A stretch of DNA of 64,000 bases from Amphiscolops sp. MND2022. Lineage: Eukaryota. The stretch spans positions 44,704,001 to 44,768,000 of the forward strand of contig OZ076409.1 in assembly GCA_964187785.1 (NCBI GenBank), read 5' to 3'. Position numbers and translations under genes: made by a program. Positions 1 to 12,400 of this stretch are shown in pieces. The notes beneath the pieces were generated by a model. The model saw only the letters and a program-made list of their open reading frames with translations. It did not search any database and had not been told where the DNA came from. Positions within the stretch are counted from its first letter, which is position 1, and every line of letters begins with the position of its first letter.

Positions 1-363
1 ATAACTCTCTTCTAGGCATTCTCTCGTTTACGCGGCGGTTTTTTGTTGCTTGTTCACATTTCTGGCAGGTGCTTAGTAAAACATGCTCAGTGGTAAACCA
101 AAATTGGCTTGAACGAAATTTTCAAAGGATAGATTTTTCATTTTTGATAATCCTGTCAGCTGTTAAAGAAAATTGGGTGGCAACAGGGGTACGTTACATA
201 CTATTCTGTGACTTGAAATCTCTCTTTGAAACTTGGAGCCTTATAAAATTTCTGACACCAGACACGCGTCTTTGTTTCTTTAGATAATGATCACCATATT
301 TGATACACTTTTGCTTTGCTTACTGTTGTCCACTTTCAATTCTTAAAAATCTTTTTTTTTCAG

Positions 364-445
364 CTCCAACCAAAGTTCAGAGTGCAATTTTTTCGGATGT
401 CTTCAATGAGAATGGTGACCCCGATTTGACAGGCAGCAAAATAAG
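364..445 (+). CDS. Host exon, start of FN3 domain (xPTKVQSAIFSDVFNENGDPDLTGSKIR)
   Basis: tttttttcag| acceptor, AG|gtaac donor; the phase-2 end joins exon 3000 in frame. Confidence 0.7.
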
Positions 446-3400
446 GTAACTATTTTTGGCAAAATCCAAAGCGATGAAGACGTGAAAAGTTCAAGCGTAG
501 TGGCAATACCAAATGTTTAGTTCTTTTGGACAAAGCAAAAAGTTCGAATATCTCAAATATACCCTCTTAAATGCTCAAAAACTATTTCCAATGTCAGAGT
601 TTCAACAGATTTAAATTACCACGTTTCTGCTTTTCTCTGATAAAATCTTTTCATTTCTATGGTTAGCACCAATGGTTAATTCGACAGAGAAAACCAATAC
701 TTATGGCAAAATACGTTTCGAGCAAAAAAATTTAGTTACTGCAAATGAGAACTTTTTGTCAATGGAGACATGTTTTTGTTTATGAATAATTAAAACATAC
801 ATATACAAAATGTGTAATTCTTTGTCCAAGAACAGTTTCAAGTACTTTTATAGAAACCAAACATTGTTAAGAATATTACTTCAGAGACAAAATCTAACAA
901 GAAGTAGCACTGCTATATTTTTCTTATAATGTTACATCAGAAAATTTCCAAGTGGGGCCCTTCTGGGTAAGGAAAAGAATTTATTTTGTCTTAAAATATT
1001 TAAAAACCCGATCTTGTAACATTTCTTCGAAAAATGTTGGTTAAAAAAGTCCAACAGTTCCAAAATTATCCAGAGGTGTGACCCTTCAAGCTCGAAAATG
1101 TTCCTCTATGTTCAAGCCTCTATGTTCCTATGCTCGCAGAACGCTTTGTCCCTACTAAAAATTAGAGAGAGCTTCAGATGACAAAAATTCGGAAAAAGTT
1201 GCGTAGTGCAGAAAAAGGGACCCTTTGGTCCTTCCTCTAACAATGCGGGTAAAAAAATTGGTTTAGTGAAGGACTCGAACCCACGTACCGATAGAAAGCT
1301 ATTGTACGATATTTGCAATCAAGTGATCAAGCATTAGTCGATTCAAAACTGCAGTTCAAAGGATTTGCTGAAGTTCATTAGGTCTGACTGCTAAGCAATG
1401 AATAATGTTGTTTGTTACTGAAAGCGCAAAGAAAGCGAAATTGACTTAATATCCGAAAAGGTTCTAACAGCGGAAGCGACGACTCAAATTTGCGCTCATC
1501 TGATTGATCGGAACTTTCAGGCATTTATTATCGAAACATTACATCAAAATCAGTCACAAGTAGTATTACAGAATTGTGGAAATGTTGGCGTCCGACTTTC
1601 CAAAAATATTGCTGTCAAGTACTGAGAGTTTCTTCTGAAATCAGTACATTGAAATATTCTCTTGTTCTCTTGTTTTGGTACGCTTTGGTACCAAATAGCA
1701 AAAAGCCCAAACATCAACAGCGAAAACTCTCAAGGTGCCTTTTTTCTCATGACATCCAATTGACAAAAATCCCAGGCAAAAAGTTCATTAAATTTTGATC
1801 ATAAGGACAACGATAATCTTTGGTTTTGAATTTAAATGAAAATTCAAATTTTTGAACATGGTATTTTAAGGAAATTTGAAATTTTTCGAAATTCAACACG
1901 TCTGAAAAACGACTTGTCACAAGAAAAATCTCACTCGATCGTTTTTGTAGCCATTACAATGCCTTCAATTTTCATGTTAAACTTTTTTCTAAAAATGCGT
2001 TCTCGAAAAAAGAACAGCTGAAAATAGTTATTGAAGCTCGAAGCAATACTTTTATCAAGTAAAAACCTATTTTTTAGTACAACAACCGGTTTCCGAGATA
2101 TGCATGATAAATTTCGGAAAATTTCAAATTTTGGAAAAAAAATAAGCCTAGTGTTTGTGACTGGCCCCTTAATGCTTAAGCGGCGCTTTCTGAAAAAAAG
2201 TTTTTTCAATCAGCAAATTTAAATTTGCAACAACACCAAATTCTCTAAGCAAGTTGAACTAGATCTGTTACGCCTTTCTGTCAACAAAATACACTAGGGT
2301 ACCACAAGCTAAAGACACCCAATTTTGCTGACGAAAAATTCCAAACTGCAGAACATTTTTACATACACAGTGAATTGACCCCGCAATAGAACAACATATT
2401 TTCTTTTTTTTTTACTTGAGCTGAGAAGTGCTTAGGCACAGGCTATCACAATGAATCCAGGATGAAAACCTAAAAGCTGCAGAAAAACATATTTCTGCAG
2501 AAATCTTTAAAGAAAATCTGCACATTTCTGTAAAGATCTTGCAGATCTCCACACTTCTGTAAAGATCTTGCAGATCTGTATGGATCTTCAAGATTCAGTG
2601 CAACGATCTTTGCAGAACCCTGCAGAAAAAATCCTGCAGATCTTTACAGATTCGCAAAGATTGAAAACCTGGGACCTGCAACCGATACAAACAGAATGCC
2701 CTAACCACTACATCATGCTTCCTCTTGATATATTTAATGCTGGCACACTATTGACTTTAGAAACTTGTATTAAGCATTACCAGAGGTTAAAACTGATGAG
2801 TGAAAAGACCAGTAAAAAGAGAGTTTCAAAAAGACCATGGCACAGTAAATTGAGATCAGAACCGCAAGGTAGAGAGATATTTTTCTCAAAAACTACTGAA
2901 CATGCATTGCTTACAAACTCACCAACTCTCACTGAACTTAGGCATAAATAGGGAAAAGACCAGCGTCCTGTGGGAGTAATTCAAAAAACTTGCTATCAGG
3001 TTAGATACAACGTGGGGAGCTGGCAGAGTCGATGGGTTTGCAGTAACAGTCAAGACCGCAGGGCTCGATGATGAAGAGAAAATTGTTTCTCTCGCCAATC
3101 CAGAGCTGAGTCCAGAGACTTTCACTGTGACTGGACTGCTTCCAGGAAGAAACTACGTGTTTGAAGTGAAGTCTATGCTGGGAAACATCAGAGCACTTGA
3201 AGCATACACATTCTCTTTCTCAACTTGTGAGTGTGAATTCCATAAATATCTTACAGAATATAGACTAGAAACTGAACTTTCAAAAAAATTACACGAAATT
3301 TGAGCGAAATTATGAGTTGAGTGTAAACGCCACAAGGGTAAACTGTGCCGAATAGAAAACTCAGGTTATTGGAACAAAAAAACAAAGATTTTTACATAAA

Positions 3401-6400
3401 GGATTCATTTCTCAATTGCTTGGCTTTTTGCAGTGATTAACCACCAATTACCATCAATTTGCAATGATCAACTTTGGCTAGTCCTGAAATGTACTCAACT
3501 CTTGACACTGGCATTGTGGACTTTCATCATAATTGTAAGAACCTGTTAAAATTCAACTAGCAGAGGTCTTTCAGCGAAAATAATAACCTTGACTGATAAC
3601 TAACACTACCTTGCGTAGAATCATACCAAGCTTTTGGCTACCTTGCGATCCGGGCTGACAACTCCTATGATAAAATTTTTGGACAGTCGTTGTATAGACT
3701 TGTGTTAGTCAATTCTGAGTCACCCACTTTTGATTTCAAAAGCTCAACTTTCACGAATCTTTGAGTTTTAATAAGAATAACACGTATACTGTCGAAAATC
3801 TCCTTCAGCATTTCATCGATGAATAATTTTAAGGTGTTTTCAATAAAACGAGATACTTTATGTGTTTGAATTGGCAACACTGTATAGCATTTTTGTCAGG
3901 GAAATTATACGCGGAAAAAAAACAGAACAATTGTTAGCTCATTAAGGTTTCCCAGATAATGATGCACGCTTTAATGGAATCCCACAAAATAAAATCTGTC
4001 GCAAATGAATCAAAACCATTTGATCTTAATACCTTAAATTTCGCAATTCAAATTTCTGTTGACAATTTTCGAATCCAAATAATTTTTGACAATTAAACAG
4101 GAATGCAAATCTAAATTCAAAATTATCACGGATTATTCACTGTGTTGGCTAACATCAAGATCTCATCGTTCTTTGCCAAAGCCTTTTCTACTGTCTCTTT
4201 ACAGTAATCAATCAACTTCTCGACTTTCACGCCCCTATCTGTTTTATTGACTGCTTCTTCGATGTCAGCTTGATATTTCTGCAACTCAACCTTCAACCCA
4301 TCACACTTGACTAATATTCTGGTTATTTTAGTTTCAGTTGTCTTGTCCATCCAAGATCTTTATAGCGGACAAATACGAAAAACATAAAATGTAAAGGATG
4401 TTTTTTGTGTATCGTTTGCCAAAGTTAAAAACTTTTCTTTTCGGAATGTGTGTGGTACCGTCAACACTGAATGAAAATTTAAAATGAAATAAATATTTGA
4501 AGGAGTTTGAGTTTCAAATGTTTTCCGTTAAGCGGTTTGAGCAAAATGTTTAGAGTTTTGAAACATAACTAAAAATTTTTTGGGATAACTAAAAAGAGAT
4601 AACAGTTTTTTGTCGGAACATTAATGAAATTTCGGACAACTGATTGAAGGGTTGAGTACCGGTCGGGAGATCCGTGGAAACTTCTTTTTGACTGCACTTC
4701 GCCCAGCTTCGGATCAGGTTCGGGTTGCTAGCTTAGTCCAGTCACCAGTGGGTCGCGGCACCAGAAAATGTGCTCGTCTTCACCGTTGAAGTCAAAACGG
4801 TTGTGTTTGAAGAATGTTTTAATAAAAGAATAATGATGGAATGTAATGTTAACTGTTTTACACAATGAAGGTCTTGTGTCAAAAGGAGTATGACGGCAAA
4901 ACACTTTTACTTTATATGAGTGGTAAACAAAAGCTAGTTTACGGAATTCTAAAGGTCAAACGTACCAGAATCGGGAGTATACTGTACGGTACGAATTACG
5001 TAACCAAAGTAACGTGATACGGAGGACAACATTTTCGGTCAAGTACAAATCTACTTAATTGCCTTTCAGGTCGTTGAGACTTTTGCATCAGAAGCATCCT
5101 CCGGGCGCGAAAGAGGTGTTGGATCAAATACTGGAACTAGCTTAACAAGAGGACATTGTATGTACCTGTTTTGGTTCGGACATCCGCCGTCGATGCCATA
5201 TTTTAAAGACAAGCTCCTTCCAAGAGGATAGGCCATTGATTTATGCCACACGAATCTAAGGATGGGAAAGAACAACAAGGTCCACCCAACAAAAAGTGGT
5301 TAGGTGTAAGGGCTTCGATTTCAGTCGGGTCGTTGCTTACGGATGTTAAAGGTGGGGCATTTTGTTTTTTGAGGCAAATGGACGTTTGGAGAACTTCGTC
5401 AGTCAACCAGCGACTGCCGAGTATTACATAGAGAACTTGTTTGCAACTACGCTCCATTTGCTCCCATGTTACCCTGTGGTGGGAGCACCAGCATGATTGA
5501 ACTTCCACCTAATCTTCCTGTTAGCAAGTAAAGAGGGTGCTTTTTACTCCAGTTCTCGACGAAAAGGAGAAACTTTTTGTCTGCACCAACGAATTTGGTG
5601 CTGTTGTCGGAGAAGATAACCGACGGTTGTCCGCGTCGGGAGAAGGATCGCTCAATACCCATAACACCTGAGCTTGCGTCTAACGATGATACTACTTCAA
5701 TGTGTATGGACCGATATGTTGAACAAGTAAATAAGAAGCACCAGCGCTTCTATGTTGACCGGTGGACTGCGATGTGGAACGGGCCGAAAAGTCCACTCCG
5801 CAATTAGAAGATGTTCGCAGTCTGTAGCCCAAACGCTCAATTGGCAAATCCGCCATCATAGGGGCCAATGTTTCCGCATTACGTTCGCGGCATACGAAAC
5901 AATTCGACTTCACAGATCGTAAACCTGAACGACTTCGCAAAATGAAAAAGCGCTGCTGCAGCTGAGCTCTGACATAGTCGGAACCTTGATGACACTAGAG
6001 AGCGTGCAAGTGATGAACAAAAAGTTTCACTACGGGGTGACGGCCGTCCAAAATGATGGGATGTTTTGCATCAAACTCAGACACATTCAAACGCCTCGTA
6101 CGTCCTGCACAACGCAACAATCTCTTTGCTCCAACGAAGGGCGATAGTGAAACAATGCTGATGTTCGTCGGTCTTATCAGTGCTTTGCTTGATCTGTAAG
6201 AGAATATCGATGTTCGGGGTGAGGAGCCAATACAGCGTCAGCTGGGTTCTTATCAGTGTCTACATGGAATCACTGATCAACTGTGCTGTTCTTTAAAATT
6301 TCTGCAACTCTATTTGCGACGAAAGCCGGCTGTTTCTTGGTGGAGTTGAGCCACTGGACCACGATGATACTGTCGGTCCAAAGAATGGTTCGAGTGACAA

Positions 6401-9400
6401 TAAGTGTGAGCTCTTGCTCAACGTGGTAACTAAGACTTGCAGCAAGTAGCACTGCCAGCAGTTCAAGTTTTGCTACAGAAAGCGTTTTCATTGGCGTACG
6501 CGAGGTTGAGCGAAAACAAAACTCACATTCGTGTGTGTTGCACCAGCTATCTTACCGTGAAGATAAGCAACGGCGCAAACATAGTTCTGCAGAGCTGTCA
6601 CCATGTAGTTCAATATCCTCTGGTATGCCTAAGAAGTAGGACTTCTGGATTGAAAACTACTCAAGTTGTAACGGCTGCTTGATCCCTTCAGTTGACCACA
6701 CTTTACGCCGCCCTGAATTCGGTGCTCGGCACTGCGGATCGTTACCGAACAATGCTTGCTTCTGAGATTAAAAGGACTGTATCTTGACTTGGTAGGATCC
6801 AATGATCCCGAATTGCTATTCTTCCTTGTCTCTTAGCACGCCCAACTCTTCACAAGTTGAGAGTAACTAACGGCTTAAACTTGGCCGGTGTGTTCGTGTT
6901 AGGTACCTCCATATGTGTGCCAAGTTTCATGGCTCTAGGGTTAACAGTTGTCGAGCAAATCCCGACTGGGGGGGTTTTTCGATTTTATGACGATTGACTT
7001 TTCTTCAAATTTTCATCGAAGTTTTTTAGGAGTTTAAGTTTTGTTTCTCAACCAGCATGTTCTGAATCAAGTTTCTTTGCCTGCTGATGACTGGCGCCAA
7101 CATTGCCGGCCCTGTTTTTCTCCCGAAAAACACTTTTATAGGAAAGGGGTGCCCGTTTCACTACTGGTCGTTTCAGTTTGTCATCAATAGTCGTTGTCTT
7201 TCTGAGACCTCTAGATTCATAGTTATCTTTGTCAGTTGCTTGATGTGTTCTTTCTCTGCTGCAGTGATTTTCTACCCCATAATACACTTCGCCGACCATA
7301 AGGTTGTTTTCGACAAGTTGACATAACACAAAATATATCCAAAAAACTGTTGTCTCGTTTGAAGTGAAAGTTTCCCCATCATCCCAATCTTCGTCATCAA
7401 CGTCCGACATTCATTGAGTTCAACCAATTCTTTTTCTCTTGAATCTTTAACAGGTATGATACAAAATTGCTTCAGTACATTTAACTCGACTTCCATAATT
7501 ACTTCAACATCCAAAGAATAGATTTCCAGATGAGTCGAAAATGTCTCCATACAGTTTCCCAAGATTTGCTCTGCTACAAATTTCCTCATCAAAGTTGACT
7601 GACCGCGGGGGAGATATGTCAAAGAGAGTTCGTTCTCTAATGGTTCCATACTCAAGCTTTCAATTTGGCGTTCGGAAGAGATTATTGAATCATCCATCAT
7701 CATCACCAATAAATAAAGAAAATTTCCAACATTACGGCAACTGGAGTTTTTTCTTTTGTGTTCAATGCTTTCTTTGCATCCAATAGGAGCAGATTTGTGT
7801 TGTGAACTCAGTCGCTGCGCTACATTTTGCTCTTTGCTTACAGACACGTCGTTTTTCGTAGCTACTTCCGAGTTTTCTCCAAATAACTGCAACGCCGTGG
7901 AATTTTGCTTTCGCCTCTGTTTGTAGAGCTTCACAGAGCTTCTCTCACAACAAAACTTCAATTTCTTTTCATCTAGGTTTCTATCCGGCTCCGATAGATC
8001 ATCAAAAACTTCCAATTTACCGAAAGACCCATGCCGAGTCCACATTGCCTTGAAAAGTGCAGCCGGCCCATTGCAAGACCCGTTGCTCCAACTTGTTGCT
8101 GGTACTTTCAAAGAACACATTTGCGTTCTTGTCACTGATACGTTGTCTGTCAAATCATATAGCCAAAATGTGTCATCTCGTGTTCCATTCCCACTCAACT
8201 GAGATCTTTCCTCCGTTCCATGAATCAGGTTCCAGTTATGTTCAATCTTCCAAATACTTCTCTTCGATTGCTTGCGGTGGCCGTTGCTCAATTGAGTTTC
8301 ATCAATGTCGTTAGCATGTGCCACTGCGTCCATTCCAGAGTTTCCATTACCAGTCCAAGGGTTCCATAGATTACTATGACTCGGGATAGTTTCATCTAAA
8401 AGACTTTCATTGCAGTCGAAATCCGTTTTCTTTCCAAAGGTTGCATTCACGATTTGTGTTTCAATTTTAGCATTGCCTTTCGCGGGTTTATCATGTTTCA
8501 TTGCAACGTGACATAGCTTTTGATACATGACTATTTCATTCAAGTCTTCTGGCAGTGTATATCGTTGCTCATTCACAAAGTCATAACTTTTGACAAATTC
8601 ATAACATTTGTTTCTTTCTTCAAGAAGTAGAGTAATGTCATAGAACACTGTCACTTGGAATAGTTTCCCCTGTCGCACGTCCTGTAGTACGGTGGAAACT
8701 TCTGCTGACCTGCCTTGCAGCAGTTCAAATTGCACGCGCGGTTCTTCCGAAGTTTCATTTTTCGATAATGCATGGGCTAAGCTTCGATGCTCTTGCATTG
8801 TTTCAGTCATTGTGTAATTGAAAGTCTCCTCTGTTTGCACTACCAATTGCTCACTCATGACCAAGTGAATCTCTTCTTCCAAAACTTGTTCTGTATCCAC
8901 GAGGAGGGTTTCTGATCGGAAGTCTTGCCAGCCATTGTCTTTAAAGAACGTTTCTGGCCAGTTCCACATCCATTCTGCGATTAGATTTTTCGAGGTTCCT
9001 TTGTTTGCATTGCTTTCAACATTTGTCATATTTGAAACTTCATGTGCTTCACGTTTGATAGTTTTGTCTTGCAACTTTCCATGGTTTGGACACTTGTCTG
9101 AACACTTTATCTGCTCAGGTTTCCATTTTTTCACTGTACACTTTCCTTTTGTTGTCCAGTCAAGAGTTTTGAGCAAAACCATTTCTTCTTGCTTGCCCAA
9201 AAGTTCGTCTTTTCTTTTCAGCGATTCATTGTGATCACTTGAACTTTGTTTGCTCGAAGTTTGCTCTGTTTGAGTTTGCTTCACAGTTCTTATCATTGAA
9301 CAATTTTCAACGCTTTTTTGGTACGAGCGCCAATGTGAGCCAACAATACTCTTTGAATCAGTTCGCCCAAAACAGGGTTCTTTGTTGCTTCTCTGGTGTG

Positions 9401-12400
9401 ACTCTTTGTTCGTCACTTCATTCATGTTGTTCCGAGAGTGAAGGCTTTGCCCACCCCGTTCAGCTCCTGTAGGAGGCTTCATTGAGGCCGAGGATGCCTT
9501 GAAGGTCCGATAACATTTCTGAGGGCCTTTACTTGGTTGCAATTGCTTTGTCACTTTCTGTGATTGTGTCAGTTTTAGCTGCATTTCATTTCGCGCTAAA
9601 TCCATGTCGTTTTTTAAGACTTGTTTGGCTCTAGCGGTTTCTTCTTCGAGTTTAGCAATTTCTAATTCTTCTGCGAGTATCCTCATGTCCATCTACTCTT
9701 GTTTCTTTCGGATCTCGGCTTTGCGTCTTGCTGCAGCTAACTGCTCATCAATTTCATCTTGTTTCTTCAATGCTTCCAATTCTAGAAGAAGTATTCGTTT
9801 TGCATTTGATGACTTAGAACTAGCTGTTGTTCTGTTGCTCTTTGAGGTTGCTTTGACTGACCCTTTGTTGCTTGGTTCGGGTAACACTTTCACATCACTG
9901 ATTGATTTAATCACATCAGAGGGGTTGGATGCTCCAACAACGCGTCGTTCCTCTTCAGTTACCCTGCTTGATTGTGCCAGTGATTTCAATTCACTAGCTA
10001 CTTCCAATGAGCAATTGCGTTTTGTCGGGTTGAAGCTACTTTGCTTGAGCTTCCTTGTGCAAGGGCATCTCATTGCCGCGTTTGTAGAGATTCCACTTGC
10101 CATTTGCCGAAATTTCGTTTTGTTTGTCTCGTCTTTTGGACCCTTCGACATTGTCTTTACATCAGGGAACCAATATCCCCAGTTGGCTTCTAATTCCGCA
10201 AAGAATTCTTCCCATTCAGACACACTTCGACTGAGCTGTCTTTGCTTTTCTTCATTTTTGAGGTCCAACATAAGATCTACGTTATGCAACATTGCTTGTT
10301 TGTTTTCGCGATATTCGAATACCCAATCATTCAATTTACCTTTGCAAAGACTAGCGCCTTGCTCGTCAAGCTTGTCATCCAAGTCTTTAATCAGAGTCCG
10401 TAGTCGTCCAATTTGGGTGGCCACAATGTCCACATAATAGCGCCACACGTACCAGTCGGAATCATTTTCCAAATCTCTTGATCTGAGGTCCATCAGTTCT
10501 TGACTCTGATTTGTGTTTCTTTGATCAAATACATTTGTCATTCGAGGATGTTGCACCTCGAGCATTTCTTTCTTTCTGGCTTTCATTTGTTCAGATTGCA
10601 GTTTTTGTTTAACTGAGGGCTTTCTGACTACACAATAGTTGCTTGACGACTTTGTCACTTTTCCCAAATTCCGCAATTTGATAGTTCTGAAGTGTCAACT
10701 GCTCAACCCAGTAATCAATCGCCAATTAACGAAGAATCAACCCAAATGCGCTACAGCTTTCCAAAAATCGGTCACTAATATCATCGGGCAGATGATCATT
10801 CGAGCGTTGACCGTTGAGCCTCCATATTTCCTTCAGCAAGAGACGAGTTTTTACCGTGTAGGGTATGATGAGGTCAATAGGGTCAAAGACCGCTGAGACT
10901 ACGCTGAGTGATTGATTTCTAACAATCTCGACAACTGATTCCGCGGCTAATTTACAGTGTATCAGGTTTGTGATCCCACTTGACTTTAAGAACATGGGAA
11001 GCGTCGCTTGACTCGTTAGAAATGTCTTTCACTGGTTGGACTGCGTTATTGTTTGTTGTTTTCAATTCGTTAGCGAACTCGTGAATGTTACTCACATATT
11101 TAGTTAAATTGAAGCCACCCAGTTTCAATATGGTAACAAGTTGCTTGCTCAAAATAAAAGCTTCACTTTCCGACTGTACAGAAATTAGGAGGTCGTCCAC
11201 ATAAAAGTTTTGCTGAACAGCGAGAGCAGCCTCTGGATGTTCAGTTCGTTATCGACCGCTGTCTTCAACAATGCAAAGTTCGCACATGTCGGCGAATCTT
11301 TTGCTCCGAAAACATGCCGTGTGTTGAAAAATTGACACCGGTTCGGTGGGGTTCCCCCTCCAAAAAAACCGCATAGATCGTTGGTCCTCCTCAGGTACAC
11401 CAACTTGATGGAACATTCCTTCTATGTCTGCTGATAGGGCAAAAATGTGTTGAATGAAGCGCAACAAAAAGTGCAGTAAGTTCTGAAGAAGATCAGGTCC
11501 GATACGCAACACATTGTTCAATGAATGACCGTGGAACATGGAAGCTCCATTCAACACCCAACACACTTTGCCCGGTTTATGAGGGTTTACCACCGGATGA
11601 TGCGGTAAGTACCACTCTCTTGGTGTTCGACAGTTTGGGACATGTTCTTCAACTGCAATGATGTACCCTTTCTCGAGATCATCACTTACAGTTTTAAAGT
11701 ATACCTGCTTGAGTTACAAAATTTTCGAGAGACGCTGTTCGAGCGACTCGAACTGTATCAGACTTGAGTAATGATGGTCAGGCAATTTAACGCTGTCATC
11801 AGTCCAGAGCATGCCAACCACGTACCTTGTACCATCATGCTTTGTTGTTGAATCAAGGATGCTAACAGTTCACTGATCCGCTTTCGAGCGCTTGTCGGAT
11901 TGAATGTAGGTTCCGAATGTTTCAGATTCGTCCATGATTGCACTTGGTCTGCCAAAAGAGAACCTTCTGTCTTCGCTCTCATGCACGTTGACACCAATGC
12001 TGATGTGGATGGAACTGGTCCACTGAGAACCAATCCAAATGGCAGCCGAACTGCGACCAGTGCATTGCGATCATCCTTCTCGATGTATTCAATTGGTCGA
12101 ATCGCTCCAAAATCGTCTTGCCCTAAGATGATTTGTACGCCAGAATAGCTCAAGATCATAGGTTTAATTGGTTCCAAATGAGGGAAATTTTGCTTCAAAG
12201 TCGCTAAGTCAATTCGATCAGAACCAACACTTTAGTCGTTTTCGACATAAGGTGATATGTCAATGGCGAAATCAGGGTTACTATCAGAAATAAAGAAATA
12301 ATACGAACTGCAACTTGTTCTGTGTCAACTGTCTCGCTGGAGCTGATGCCGTTGAGAATTATCTTGACAGGCGCTCCATTAAGAGAGAGAGATTTTCGCC

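Noticed and set aside
2568..2951. 127-aa ORF (similar ORF at 55687-55950)
   Set aside because: Starts within the AGATCT-rich MITE repeat; no protein motifs.
3600..3880. Possible old LINE ORF1 remnant on the minus strand
   Set aside because: Too degraded to call by eye.
9604..10437. 277-aa + strand ORF
   Set aside because: Antisense shadow of the BEL-2 coiled-coil ORF; no motifs.
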